From contig NC_042997.1 in assembly GCF_006345805.1 (NCBI RefSeq), forward strand, positions 19,840,001 through 19,904,000: 64,000 nt of DNA, read 5' to 3'. The position numbers and the translations under genes are program-made. A model generated the notes under the pieces. That model searched no databases. It was not told the DNA's origin and was given only the letters and a program-made list of their open reading frames with translations. Below are positions 50,954-64,000 of the stretch, in pieces. The first letter of the stretch is position 1. Each line of letters starts with the position of its first letter. Source of the DNA: Octopus sinensis (taxonomy: Eukaryota).

Positions 50954-51406
50954 ATAACCATAGCAACATACACTGAGCAGTGTCACTTCCATATAATATT
51001 GCTGCTACAATATTTCCATTGGTGATAAAATAATTTCATAACTGCCGTAGCCCATGCTTCATCAGAAGAGCTGATAAAACATTGTAAATTTAGGAAGCAA
51101 GCAAGGACAGCTGGAAAATATACACATTAATAAATACACAAAACCAACATTATTTTAACATTCATTTTGCTTCAGCATATCATCACTCACTTTAATCCTT
51201 TAGTCATCTTGCTTGAATGGCCTACTATTTTAAGAGTTAACCTCACTACTATGTATGGGTGGGTACAAATTACATTATTCCTGGTTAAAATTTATTAGAG
51301 CTATTGCAGTTTTGGTTATTACATTTCCACCTGGTAGAAAGTAAGGGAGTTTTGCTAACCTAAGGTATTTGAGTGCACAAACCAGTATTAACCTTTCTAT
51401 ACCTAT

Positions 51407-51826
51407 CTGTAAATAAAATACTTATTTCTTTATTGTCCACAAAGGGCTAAACATAGAGGGGACAAACAAGGACAGACAACGGGATTAAGTCAATTACATC
51501 AGCCCTAGTGCATAACTGGTACTTAATTTATTGACCTCGAAAGGATGAAAGGCAAAGTCGACCTCAGCAGAATTTGAACTCAGAACGTCATGGGAGACAA
51601 AATACCTATTTCTATTTCTTTACTACCCACAAGGGGCTAAACACAGAGGGGATAAACAAGAACAGACAAGTTGATTACATCGACTCCAGTGCATAACTGG
51701 TACTTATTTAATCGACCCTGAAAGGATGAAAGGCAAAGTCGACCTCAGCGGAAGATGAAATACCGCTAAGCATCTTGTCAGGTGGGCTAACATTTCTGCC
51801 AGCTCCCTGCCTGTAAATAAAATACT
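51407..51826 (-). mobile_element. Family D SINE dimer flanked by a 16-bp direct repeat (TSD)
   Basis: CTGTAAATAAAATACT at 51407-51422 and 51811-51826; one head but two bodies and tails between them. Confidence 0.85.
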
Positions 51827-53309
51827 ACCAGCACATTCTCTCAGAACGTATTACTTATTTGCACCATCTCAAAGTAATTCATACACCACAATTCCCCTTA
51901 CACCAACCATCTCTTTGAGTTATCCATCCATCTTTTCTGCCCACTATTCCTGGAAGAGTTGTGGAGGCAGAGTTTTCAGTCATCTCCTGCACAGAGTTCT
52001 GTCAGAATCAGCTGTCATTACACTTTGCTGCTGGATTCCTGAGTATGACCAAATTAAAATGGATACCATTCATAGTCTGCCCCTAGATCATTTGCCAGTT
52101 GGCATAGCTTAAAGAATCCATCCTGTGATTCCTTCCTGTAACATTCTAACCAAATGTGACCTCTTAAAGCAGAGAAACAGCAGCTTGACCTGGACAGGCT
52201 TTCTGAGGCCTGAGCTACACACTCTGTCAAGTAATGTTACTCAAGAGATCTTTTGGTGGAAACTCATTTTATTAACTTGCATTCATGATCATACTCTTTA
52301 AGTAATTACCCACCAGGCATGACTATAAGAGTGGACTGGCAGGAAAACCAAACTGGAGATAGAATGTTTGGCTTTTTTGCCAACTGCTCCTCTTCTGAGG
52401 ATTGAATGCTGGAGCTGGTGTTTCTATGCCAACACCAGAAATTCTAGCTTCCATTTCAACATAAGAAACGTTATTCATTAAGGAATATTTGTACCATCCA
52501 TTAACAATCTTAAATATTCTCTGAGTTTTGCCTCACAAGTTTGGGCAACAATTCCTCAAAGATTAATTAACATAAATTATTCAAATCCTCTGGAAAAGTC
52601 AACATCATGATAATACATAGGTCATGTATCATTGGTTAATCTGTCCATTTTTTTTTGTCTAACTTGTTCCAGTCATTAGACTGTGGTCATGCTGGGGCAC
52701 TCCCTTGAAGAATTTTAGTCAAATGAATCAACCCCAGGACTTATTTTTTTAAGCCTGGTACATATTCTATTGGTTCCTAATTCATTGACCCCGAAAAGAT
52801 GAAAGCAAAGTCGACCTCAGTAGAATTTGCACTCATAACTTAAAGCATTTCACCCAGCATGCTAATGTTTGTGCCAGCTCACTGTGTTATGGAAGAGAGA
52901 TAATATAATATAATGGTGGCCTGTATGTATTCTCAAAAGAAAAAAAAGTGTATCAAAAAGTGCCTGATGACAGAAGAATCAGGGTGGGTAAAGGTTGCCA
53001 GAGTGCAATTTCTTCCCACTCAAGCATCATGTCTAGATGGTGGTGTAAAGGAGAAGGGAGATATTCAATATGCACAAATTAAGTGCTTTTTTCTCAGTTA
53101 TGGTTAGCAAGATACTGTGAGTTGAAGGGATGATGGGGAGATAAGCAGGTACAGAACAGGCACAACTTGTAGGAGAATAGAGAGTGAGGGAATGTGAGGA
53201 TATAGAGTAGGCAACTGAAATGGATGATGTGCACACAAAACAATAGGCAGCATGGGGTGCATGCAGTCCAATTATTTCAACAAGTATTTTACCAAGCTTG
53301 CACCAAAGG

Positions 53310-54520
53310 TCAAGATCTCTGCAGCACTGTATAGCACCAGCCAACATAATCTTCTGTCATCTCTTTCATCAGGTGTAACATCTCGAGATCATTTTTTACC
53401 ACCTTGTCTCCAATCTTCCTCAGTCTCCCTCTTCCACAGTTACTCTTCATTTTGAGCACTTGTATTTGCTTATGCAGCTACCATCTTTTATCCACATCAT
53501 GTGCCCATACAATTGCAGTATCTCTTGCATGCCGCATCTGATTCTCCTTATATTAAGTTTGTCACTCGGTTAACTTATATTTCATTGTCCATACGGACTA
53601 GCATTTCTTTCTCACCTTCCACAATTTAGGTCCACATCTTACAATTATGCAGTGGACTTTGCACACAACCATCATATAATCTTCCTTTAACTTTGAGGAA
53701 TGAGTCCTTTGTTGTCAACAGAGGAAACAGCTCTTCAAAATTTTCCTACCCATTCATATTTTAGCAGCCATAATTTTAGAATCTCCACCCCTACTGTTAA
53801 TCTGGACACTTAGGTTGCAAAATCTATCATATACTTATAGGGAGCTGTTCAGGTATTTGAGATAATCTATTTCTCAAAAGCTTTTAGTGTTTACTGCCCT
53901 AGTGTTCTTGATGCACATGAAATCTACCTTTTCTGTTAGTCTCTCATCTCACTAAGCCCCCACACCTGATAAAATTTCTATTGACTCCTTTTCTGCAGTC
54001 AGAGCATGGCTATTTAGTTGATGCTATAAGAATCCCATTTTCCTTCATACTTACCACAATTTTTGTTTCCACTAGGTTTACTTTAAGACTTCAATTCCAA
54101 ATTTTGCTTCATTGTGTAAAATTTCAACTTCATTTCTAGAGATTTTGCTATAAGAACTAAGCCATCAGCATACAGGACTTCCCAAAGGTAACAAGTTTTA
54201 AATTCCTCTGCTATGGTTACTTCTATTGGCACACTAAATTCTTTGCTGAACTTACAGTTGATTCTCACTTTGGTGACTGTCCCTTCATACATAGCTTGTA
54301 CAAACCTTACTGCAGAAACTTCTAGTTTCCTCAGTAATCTCCAGATTACAGATCAAGGGGCCTCGTCAAAAGCCTTCTCCAGATCAATGAGCACCATGTA
54401 TAGTGGTCTATATTAAACCATGTACTAATCCTGCAGTAGGCTCACAAGGAATACAGCATCACCAGTACCTCTTCCCAAGACAAAGCCAAACTGTATCTTA
54501 TTGAGACTAATTCTCTAATT
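53310..54520 (-). mobile_element. 5'-truncated, degenerate RTE-clade LINE (RT domain to 3' end)
   Basis: IQFGFVLGRGTGDAVF, LYMVLIDLEKAFD, AMYEGTVTKVRIN, WEVLYADGLVLIA (YADD-like) and VNLVETK fragments in RT order. Confidence 0.85.
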
Positions 54521-55904
54521 AATTTTTCCATAACCCTTTTTCTAACTCTGTGTGTGTGTGTGGGGGGGTTAAAATTAGACCCATGACTGAAAAGAATGAA
54601 TGGAAATTTTAAATCTATTTTTTAATTTATGTTTCTGTTTCCAAGACTCTAAAGAAACACATACTGTTTAAATGTTGCAGAGGATATTCAGAATTTAAGT
54701 TTAGAAACTGGGAAGGAAGAAATATTTTTTTATATTTTTAGTTGAAGTATTCAATTTTCTCTGTCATTCTTTTTCTGTAATTACTAGTCATAGACATTAT
54801 TAAATCTTTGTTGCTCTAAACCATTTTAAAAATAAGGCATTTCAAGTAATATGAATGCTATTGCTTAGATATCTAACAATATAAATAAACACAAATCATA
54901 ATACTTTGTGGTGATTTGCGTTTGTTTATCCTCCTTTTCCTTTCACAATTAAATATTCACACATACACACAATGACAAAATAACAAACACATAAACATCA
55001 GCCAAAGACAAACGCTACCAAGATAATGATAAAGGAAGCTATTGTATTTTTTTTTTAAGTATATGAACAAGAAGCTAATAATAGACACAGAATAACATAT
55101 GTTTTTGTCTCCTAGACATTTCCTTAGTGAACAAGTTTTACTTTATTGAAAAAGTTATTCTAAAATGAAGTAAACAAAGTTACCAAGTCACTAAATTGTC
55201 TAACATTGATTTATAAGCTAGAATCCATAAGCTTTCTTGAAAGAAATGCCTCCTCAGCTATACATCATTACAATGACATCACCTGCTAGGGATAAAATGC
55301 AGTTGCCAGCAAGTCTAGGACCAGCTGGGTAACAATTATTCAGGTGTAGAGAAAATGACTCCTTGTTTATTTATTAATAAATTTATCTGACTCAAGAACT
55401 TTAACTTCTCTGCTGTCATAAAACTCTTGAATAAATATAATCTGCTTGAATAGTGGCTATTATTGTAATTACTCAGTATGGAATCTGGAAGAAAAAAAAA
55501 ATGTCTGCTGTAATCACATGTTACTTTCAAATTGGTTTTGCTCAGATAAGATGTCAGTACTGAAAACAGAAAAGTAATTTGAATTTCCAAACCAAGTTCC
55601 ATCATTTGTTTGATAAATTTTAATACAATCAACGTAAACAAAAACAGTATTGGACTCAAAGATCTTTAAGCTCAGATAACCACAGTGAGGTAGAATCGAA
55701 CCAGATTGTTGCTATATAGCTTCTGGGACTTTATTATCAATGTGTGTTAACTGAGGAAAATATATCTCCAAGATAAAGAAACATTTCAAAATTCTACATA
55801 GAGCTTTTAAATGGATTACAGACAAGCTACTCAATTTAAATGGATTGTAGACAAGGAAATCAATTTAAATGAATTGTAGACAAATAAATCAATTATTATA
55901 TACA

Positions 55905-56238
55905 ATGGCTCAGTGGTTAGAGCGTCGAGCTTACGATCGTGAGGTTGTGAGCTCAAATCCCGGACCGGGCTGCGTGTTGTGTTCTTGAGCAAGGCACTTT
56001 ATTTCACGTTGCTCCAGTTCACTCAGCTGTAGAAATGAGTTGCGACGTCACTGGTGCCAAGCTGTATCGACCTTTGTCTTTCCCTTGGATAACACTGGTG
56101 GCGTGGAGAGGGTAGGCTGGTATGCATAGGCGACTGCTGGTCTTCCATAAAACAACCTTGCCCGGACTTGTGTCTAGGAGGGTAACTTTCTAGGTGCAAT
56201 CCCATGGTCATTCATGACCGAAGGGGGTCTTTACCCTT
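55905..56238 (+). mobile_element. tRNA-derived SINE family B, well preserved
   Basis: A box TGGCTCAGTGG, B-box-like GAGCTCAAATCC, CpG-rich body, ends GAAGGGGGTCTTTACCC. Confidence 0.88.
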
Positions 56239-56974
56239 TATTAATTGAATATCAAAAAAGGTAGTAAAAGGGCAGAGAAACTTCAAATAAAATACCATTG
56301 CAGTGTATAACATCATCTTTCCATGTTCTGAGTTCAAGTTTTGCTATGTCTCAATTTCCTTTTTATTCTTGCACTAATAAGTACAAGTTATATGTCATGT
56401 TTAATTAAATCAACTATGTCTGTGTCCTCTAAATGAATAATTCTGTGCCAATATAAGAAATCAATATACAAAATTTAGATAGCATTCAATTCAAAATGAG
56501 TTTTGTTCCTTTGATGACTATCTTCTCTTATCTTTTATTTGTTTCCATCATTGGACTGTGGCCATCTCGGGCACCATCTTGAGGGGCTTAGTTGAATATA
56601 TAACTCCAGTACTTTTTTTTTTTGGTTTTTAAAGTCTAGTACTTATCTTATCAGTCTCTTTTGCCAAGTACTAACCTACAGGGACATAGACAAACCAAGC
56701 AGTTGTGTGAGCAGGAAAAACACAAGACCCATACACACACACACATATATATGATGAACTTTCATACGGTTTGTGTATATGAAATTCACTCACAAAGAAA
56801 TTGTCATCTCAGAGATATAGTAGAAGGTAAAGTGTTGTACCAAGGCCAGAACCTGAAATCACATGATTGCAAAGCATGCCTTTTAACTGCACATGAGCAA
56901 TTCTCTTTTAAGCTTTTAACTCTTTTAGAGATTTCTTATCCATGTAGGTGTCTTTATTTTCTATCATTTCCATA

Positions 56975-57028
56975 TCCTTGTGAGTGGATTTGGTAGACGG
57001 AAACTGAAAGAAGCCTGTCGTATATATG

Positions 57029-57065
<37 letters not shown>

Positions 57066-57280
57066 TTGTGTGTCTGTGTTTGTCCCCCAACATCTCTTGA
57101 CAGCCGATGCTGGTGTGTTTACGTCCCTGTAACTTAGCGGTTTGGCAAAAAGAGACCGATAGAATAAGTACTAGGCTTACAAAGAATAAGTCCTGGGGTC
57201 AATTTGCTCGATCAACTAAAGGTGGTGCTCCAGCATGGCCACAGTCAAATGACTGAAACAAGTAAAAGAGTAAAAGAGTG
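56975..57280 (+). mobile_element. SINE family E (3' two-thirds)
   Basis: CCTTGTGAGTGGATTTGGTAGACGG...(GT)n...GACTGAAACAAGTAAAAGAG. Confidence 0.88.
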
Positions 57281-57587
57281 AAATTTAAATCTTTAAATTG
57301 AAGTTTTTTTAAAAGAGCTGGACAAACATTTAATTCTCACAAAAGGGTTTTTAAAGAAAAGTTTCACAATGAGACTAAATTACTTGTAATGACCTTAAGA
57401 GATACTAAATATTTGCAGGATTCCAAATCTGTATAAAAATAATTCTGTTTCCTTTCCAAGATTGTTTAAAAAAATATATGCTTTAGCCCTAAAAAGTTAT
57501 TCAACTTTTACATGATCTGACTAAACTTTTTCATATTTTAAATTACATTCTTCATATTTGTTGAATGTTGATATCATCAAAATAATA

Positions 57588-57970
57588 CTCTTTTACTTGT
57601 TTCAGTCATTTGACTGTGGCCATGCTGAAGCACCGCCTTTAGTCGAGAAAATCGACCCCAGGACTTATTCTTTGTAAGCCTAGTATTTATTCTATTGGTC
57701 TCTTTAGCTGAACCGCTAAGTTACAGGAAATTAAACACATCAGCATCGGTTGTCAAGCGATGTTGGGGGAACAAACACAGACACACAAACATATACACAC
57801 ATATATATATGACGGGCTTCTTCCAGCTTCCATCTACCAAATCCACTCACAAGGCTCTGGTCAGCCCGAGGCTATAGAAGAAGACACTTGCCCAAAGTAC
57901 CACGCAGTGGAACTCAACCTAGAACCATGTGGTTCGTAAGCAAGCTACTTACAACTCAGCCACTCCTACA
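57588..57970 (-). mobile_element. SINE family E, full length
   Basis: Reverse complement of family E, including the head. Confidence 0.88.
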
Positions 57971-60089
57971 CCTATATAGTGAATATTTTAATATGTTGAA
58001 TATTTTATATTTTTCCCCCACTCTGTAACTTATACTTAGTTACTTTGATTCTGGTTACCTCTTTTAGCTTTATAAATTGATTTTGCTTTATCACTTGGAG
58101 CCTAAAGCTGATTTCATATGAAATACCCATGACCTACTTTTGAAAATCACCTACCATGCAGCTTTTGCTCACTAAAATATTGTTAGAAAACCAATCCAAT
58201 CATTAAACCACTAAAATTTGAAAAATATTTTTAAATATATTAACTTTGAAGTCATCTGTTCAAAGGATTCTTTCACAAAATATGGTTATATTTCTTGATA
58301 TCTGGATCAATAATTCAAATTTTCTATATCTCCATGCAATTGCCATTGTTTTTAACTCTTCACCTAAGAATATTATGAAAAGATGAAGACTGAGAGACTC
58401 TAATTCAGCCACTTATAGAAACTAAACTCTAGAAATTATGAAATTTAACTCTAGTTTATGAAGCTAATGTCCAGAAAGAGACAGAGGGGGGGGTGAGAGA
58501 GATGGCAAGGGTGACAGAAATAGAGGAGAAAGAGGAAGACAGAGAAGAAAATTCAGACTTGTTTGTTTTACCAGAAAATATCTTTTTTTTTGCCCATTTT
58601 ATAAAATTATCTATTATATCAGTAAAATACATTTTAATTTAATTACTTGAAGCTGCCTCCAAGTCTTAAGAGTTTTTAGACAAGATTTACTTTCAGTGAG
58701 AAACTTCTTTTTTAATTTGTAGAAAGTTTAATGTAACAGACTATTTTTTAGAGTAATACTGCTTTGTTTCAATTAATTTTCAAAATAATAAAGAATTTAG
58801 TGAAATAATAGTAATTATTAAGATGGTATTTGGATCATAAATTAATATCAAAATTTCATGTTTATTTATGTTCCTAATACCAACATAAAAAATATTTTAT
58901 TAAACTTCTTATTATATTCAGTATTACTTGAAACAAAGTTGGTGTGTTTCAACAGAAATATTGTAACATAATGTTTAAATTGTCCACAGTCTCACTTTAT
59001 TATACACACTTAGTAATAAGAAATACAACAGCTTATTTCAGGTGTATAAATCCATTCAGACCAGTATTCCAATGTGAACAGACATGCTGCAAACAATTTA
59101 TAAGTTCCTATAATTGTGAAAAAATAGAGAGAAAGAAGGAATATATTAAATGAACTGAAAAAAAGAAATGAATTGGTAAATGATTATCATGGTAAATGAT
59201 TGGTAAATGATTTCTTTAGCCTTAGGTTATTTTACTTTAATTACATGATAGGCTATAAACAACAGTATATATTCATTTCATGCCACAGTATATCAATCAA
59301 AGCAAATTTTAAAAGTACGTCTCATCTGTAAGTACTAAGCAGTAATAAAAATAATTTCTTTTCCACAAAACAAAAGGTAATTTTTGTCTGAGAGAAGATA
59401 GAATAGATTGAATCACACCCAATAACTTGGATGTCGTCAAGAAAAATGGTTTGCTCTAATAGTTCTTTCAATGCATTTCTGAACATCTGATAGTGAAGTC
59501 ACACTGAATCTTCTTCAATAATCATTGCTCTATCATAACTGTTGTTTACATATTACAAAATAATTTTCTTAGAGTTATGTTATAAAAAGCTAACTAGTTT
59601 AGAGCTAACTTCATCTAACATTTTGATATCTACTGGGTTCTTGGCATTTGTTGCACCAGACCAATATACATTTAATGGGCAAATAAAAGGGGACTGGCTC
59701 TGCACAAACCATTCCCACTATAATAATATACCTCATGCAGACTGTTCATCAAACCAAGGCACAGTACCAACACAATCACACTTTCTTTATAACAACAGAA
59801 AAAAAAAGAGGCAATGAGTAGAGGGTGTTACTGGAAGCCTTCAGCTTTGACCCAGCTGTAGGGTGATGGTCATTTTCCACAGTCCTTTGACAAAACATTG
59901 AAATAAGGACACTGTGCAGCTGTGCCTTGCTGAACCCTCATTCATCAAAGTGATGACAGAGCCCAACAGTATTCTCAAAGATATAATCCAGAATCATTTT
60001 AACTGGTCTAATCCAATAATTCATAATGTTACTCATTTATATTAATGTCATTTATATTAATGAGATCGTTGTCAGAGCAACAAGCTGGC

Positions 60090-60495
60090 CTCTGTGCCGA
60101 TGGCACATTAAAAAAAAACCCCTTCAAGTGTGATTGCTACCTATATTGCCTTACTAGCACCTGTGCTGATAGTACATAAAAGACATTCAAAGCGAGGTTG
60201 TTGCCAGTGCTGCTGGACTGGCTCCTGTGCAGGTGGCACATAAAAAGCACCATTTGAGCATGGCCTTTGGCAGTACCGCCTGACTGGCCCTTGTGCTGGT
60301 GACATGTAAAAGCACCCACTACACTCTCAGAGTGGTTGGTGTTAGGAAGGGCATCCAGCTGTAGAAACTCTGCCAGATCAGATTGGAGTCTGGTGCAGCC
60401 ATCTGGTTCACCAGACCTCAATCAAATCATCCAACCCATGCTAGCATGGAAAGCGGATGTTAAACGATGATGATGATGATGATGATGATGATGTC
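60090..60495 (+). mobile_element. Family F copy with (GAT)n tail
   Basis: Same body as 3940-4236, extended at the 5' end. Confidence 0.85.
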
Positions 60496-60999
60496 ACAAG
60501 CAGTATTAATGCCAGGAAGTAATATTTATTCCCACCTAAACATGGATGTTCTGTTGGAACAAACTATACTGTGTTAGTTAGCATGAGAGAAACTCCCATA
60601 TTGGCTTTTGATGCAAAATGCACTCTTATTTATATCGCTAACATGAAGATAAATTCATGGTGGTCTTGGCCTGGAGGTGACAGGGGTTTGTCTCCCTACT
60701 AGCAATATAAAACAAGTTAGCGTTTTGCACCAAAGGCCAATATGAGAGTTTCTCACGTAGTCACTTCCACAATGCAGTTTGTTCTAATAGAGCATGCACA
60801 TTTAAGTGGGAATAAATATAACCTCTTAGTTTTACACATAAATCAAAATTTCCATCAAACAGTTTTGAATTATATTAACTGAGCTCAAAACAATATCGAC
60901 CATGATACAAGAGCCTTTTGTTTAATTGAATTGATTTTTTTTCATGTTGGTAGTCATTTAGAAGATAACTGACATGATTTTATGGTTTTATAAAAGGTT

Positions 61000-61427
61000 G
61001 AAACTTATGTTTTCTTTTTCCTGCCTTTAACCCTCCAATGCGGAATATAGGCCACTTATAATTGAATTCCGTGTCACATAATTTTTCGCTTCTATACTTA
61101 TACTCTGCCATAAATGTGCCCCTTTCTCTAGTTCCTTTTGTGTTGATCTATGCCATGAGTTCTTAGGTCTACCTCTCTTTCTATATCCATCCGGTTTCCA
61201 CTGCAAAGCACTTTTCGCTACATTTGGGGCTGAGACATGGCAAACAACAGTTAAATCAAATAATCAAATACAATCATTCATCAACAGATGCTTGCGTAAT
61301 ATACTTAAAATTAGATGGCCCGACCACATAAGCAATACAGAGCTATGGCAAAGAACAAATCAAGTTTCGCTTAGGGAGCAAATATTTAAGAAGTGGAAGT
61401 GGATTGGTAGCACAATTAGAAACTTAT
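61000..61427 (-). mobile_element. RTE-clade LINE fragment with 5' inversion and 9-bp TSD
   Basis: Minus 61027-61224 encodes NVAKSALQWKPDGYRKRGRPKNSW...LYSALEG*; plus 61223-61423 encodes the immediately preceding FGAETW...NRCLRNILKIRWPDHISNTELW...KWKWIG; GAAACTTAT at 61000-61008 and 61419-61427. Confidence 0.85.
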
Positions 61428-61939
61428 ATTTAGTGATATAAATATAAATATTCCAGAAATCAAAATAAAATTTTATGAATAATTATAGGACTGTGGTAAA
61501 TCCAAAATGATCTTGAGAGAAACAAAGTAGGAAAAAATGATTAGTTAGACATTGCAGGATTTAAAAATGTTTCCTCTTATGAATGCTACAAGTCATACAT
61601 TACACTCCCTGTGCAGATTACTTATATTTTTTATCAAGTTATTTAAAAAAAAGAAGGACAGTAACCTTAATATTTTCAGGATCTTACAGAGTGTGGGTGA
61701 TGCAGTTGATATTCATTTTGAACATTTATAAATCAATACCTGTAGGTAAAAAAGAAAACCTAAGGTAGAGAGGGAGTCCTATAATTTTGCTATAGAAAGC
61801 AGTACTATAGGAGGAATAGCTGAGTGTAGTACCAAATCTAGGAAGTGAGACTCCTGTAGATGAGGAGTGAGAGATGCAGTGAGTAGGTTTGAATAGAAAG
61901 TCTATGCAGTTAACCATTTTAGGGAAGTAAAAAGCATTG

Positions 61940-62008
61940 TAGTAGTAGTGGCGGTGGTGGTGGTAGTGGTGGTGGCGACGGCGGCGGTGTTGGTGGTGTT
62001 GGTGGTGC

Positions 62009-62061
<53 letters not shown>

Positions 62062-62070
62062 TTAGTAGTG

Positions 62071-62107
<37 letters not shown>

Positions 62108-62125
62108 CAGCAGCAGCAGTTGCAG
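61940..62125. repeat. (GTG)n/(GTA)n/(GCA)n trinucleotide array
   Basis: Direct tandem repeats. Confidence 0.95.
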
Positions 62126-62479
62126 TGAAAGAAAAAGTGTTTATAAGTTGCAGCAGTGTTGATGAGTAAAACTATTAATCAGTCAGATAATGAATTCTTT
62201 TGGATACAATATATTTTATTATCACTTAATTATGGATGGAAACGGCAGTATCTATGACTCAGCTTATTTTCCAAAACCTCTGAGGACAGTGGAAGACAGA
62301 CAAGAAGTTAACTTCAAACAAGAGACTTGGCCCAAATCCTTACAACAGAATGAACTCCACTAAAAACACCCATGCAAAACATTAAATTTACTAACCAAGA
62401 ACTCGGAATACAAAGGGCAATATCAAATACATCTAATACTCTAGCAGTTTCACCAGCCCACTCTGTTAGACTAGAAATC

Positions 62480-62735
62480 ATCGTCATCATCATCATTTAA
62501 CGTCCGTTTTCCATGCTAGCATGGGTTGGACGGTTCAACCGGGGTCTGGGAAGCCAGGAGGCTGCACCAGGGTCCAGTCTGATCTGGCAGTGTTTCTACA
62601 GCTGGATGCCCTTCCTAACGCCAACCACTCCATGAGTGCAGTGGGTACTTTTTACGTGCCACTGGCACAGGTGCCAGGGAAGGCTGGCAACGACCACGAT
62701 AGGTTGGTGTTTTTTACATGCCTCCGGCGTATTTT
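62480..62735 (-). mobile_element. Family F copy
   Basis: (CAT)n TTAACGTCCGTTTTCCATGCTAGCATGGG... Confidence 0.87.
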
Positions 62736-63249
62736 ATAAACCTGAAAAGGATGAAAGGCAAAGTTGACCAAGGCTGTATTTGAACTCAGAGTACAATTAT
62801 CACATAACATTTTGTCCTACACTCTAATGACTCTGCCAATTCAATGCATTTATATGTGAAATACCAAATACAATATATTTCTATGCAAAATTCCAGATAT
62901 GTGAGTACAGCTCTAAGTTGTTTTCTCTCTATACTTTTTCCATATATTAAGCAAGGAAATATAGTTAACAGTTGGATGTCATGCTCTTACTCATACCTTG
63001 CCAGATTAACTTTTAGGCTTTTAGGTTCAACCCTATGCTTCGAGGTTTGGAACTTTCATTACAAAGAGACTTTAGATTTTAATATAGGAGAAAAATATTT
63101 TTGTATGATGCAGCCGGATGAAATTTAAAAGGATTCTGTTTCTAAGTTTTGGTGGGGTTTATATAAAATAATTTTTTAAAAGCCTTTAAGACTTCATATG
63201 AAACTGATTGGAACATTTAAACAAGATTAAGTATCGCTAGCATTTTTAA

Positions 63250-63459
63250 ATCAGAAAGGCGGAACAGTACCATTAACGAGTATTGAACTTAATGAAGTGA
63301 CTTCATCAGAAATGGGGATGAGGGCAAAAAGTCAAAATCATAAAAGACAGTTTCTTGGAGAATGTTTCTGTCAAGCTAAACTGCCTGAGAACAATAGGAT
63401 TCTAATATCTTTGAGAATGAAAAGAGAAAAGCCTCGTCACCATAACTTTAGTTCAAAAA

Positions 63460-63490
<31 letters not shown>

Positions 63491-63830
63491 ATGATGAGAC
63501 TTTAATATGAAGTAGGTTAGAAAGAGAAACAGGAAAAATGCCATTGAGATACTTATACATCATTCATAAAATCCTAAATGCCCTCAGATCAATCATAAGC
63601 AGCAGAAGCACTGCATTGCAATTTGACATTCTGAAAACTATGCATGCAATAGAGTGCAGCTTTCTGGACATGCAATTTATTAATGTTTGACCTACAGATG
63701 CCAAAACACAAAGAATTACATATATTCTGTCTGGAGATAATCGAAATATGAATAAGGCTTCCATGAGCTATGAAGGCATGTTATTTTCCCATGACAGATA
63801 TAGCAACCTCAGCACATTATACAGATATGG
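63250..63830 (+). mobile_element. Possible very old L1-type RT remnant
   Basis: Weak resemblance of TALQFDILKTMHAIECSFL to the LDxxKAFDxVxWxFL RT motif; long stop-poor frames. Confidence 0.3.
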
Positions 63831-64000
63831 TTGAGCATACTTTTCCCAATTCACATTTCAATACCTCACTGACTGCTACGCTTTCAATCCCATATGTTGT
63901 GTCTAACAAAATTCAGTTACAAGTCAAAACAATAGCTGCATTATTAGCAAAACAAATTTTTATCACATTAATTAAAAGTACACAGAGAAGACAAAGTACA

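Noticed and set aside
51020-51070. CTGATGA...GAAA on the minus strand as a hammerhead
   Set aside because: No stem II closes next to GAAA, and stems I and III are absent.
55905-55985. tRNA genes (also 5135-5212 and 6232-6300)
   Set aside because: A and B boxes are present, but each continues into a shared SINE body; I could not build a full cloverleaf, and no terminator follows.
1-64000. CRISPR arrays, rRNA genes, prokaryotic operons
   Set aside because: No regularly spaced repeat-spacer units, no rRNA-like sequence and no gene-dense coding DNA; the window is eukaryotic repeat-rich sequence.

Overview
AT-rich, repeat-saturated animal genomic DNA with a 100-N gap at 33822-33921. The SINE, RTE-tail and microsatellite content resembles Octopus (coleoid cephalopod) DNA; this is inferred, not verified. 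I recognised no host-gene exon, so this is probably a large intron or intergenic DNA. Most ORF-track entries are translations of microsatellites. The main feature is a ~6.9-kb minus-strand Penelope-like retroelement (PLE) at 26934-33821. It has a frameshifted RT + Cys-linker + GIY-YIG ORF, direct terminal repeats that each carry a minimal hammerhead-type motif, and a 2.4-kb microsatellite/CpG-rich 3' region. A separate ~300-bp non-coding element at 39141-39445 holds a well-formed minimal hammerhead ribozyme inside a 46-bp inverted repeat whose arms can compete for the ribozyme's stem I. The window also contains several distinct Dong/R4-like RLE LINE 3' ends in (TAA)n arrays and Tx1/L1-like 3' ends in (GATA)n arrays. 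An RTE fragment shows a 5' inversion and a 9-bp TSD. There are mariner and piggyBac relics, a 90-nt near-perfect hairpin, and dozens of tRNA-derived SINEs in both orientations. Coordinates of degenerate repeats are approximate (tens of bp).
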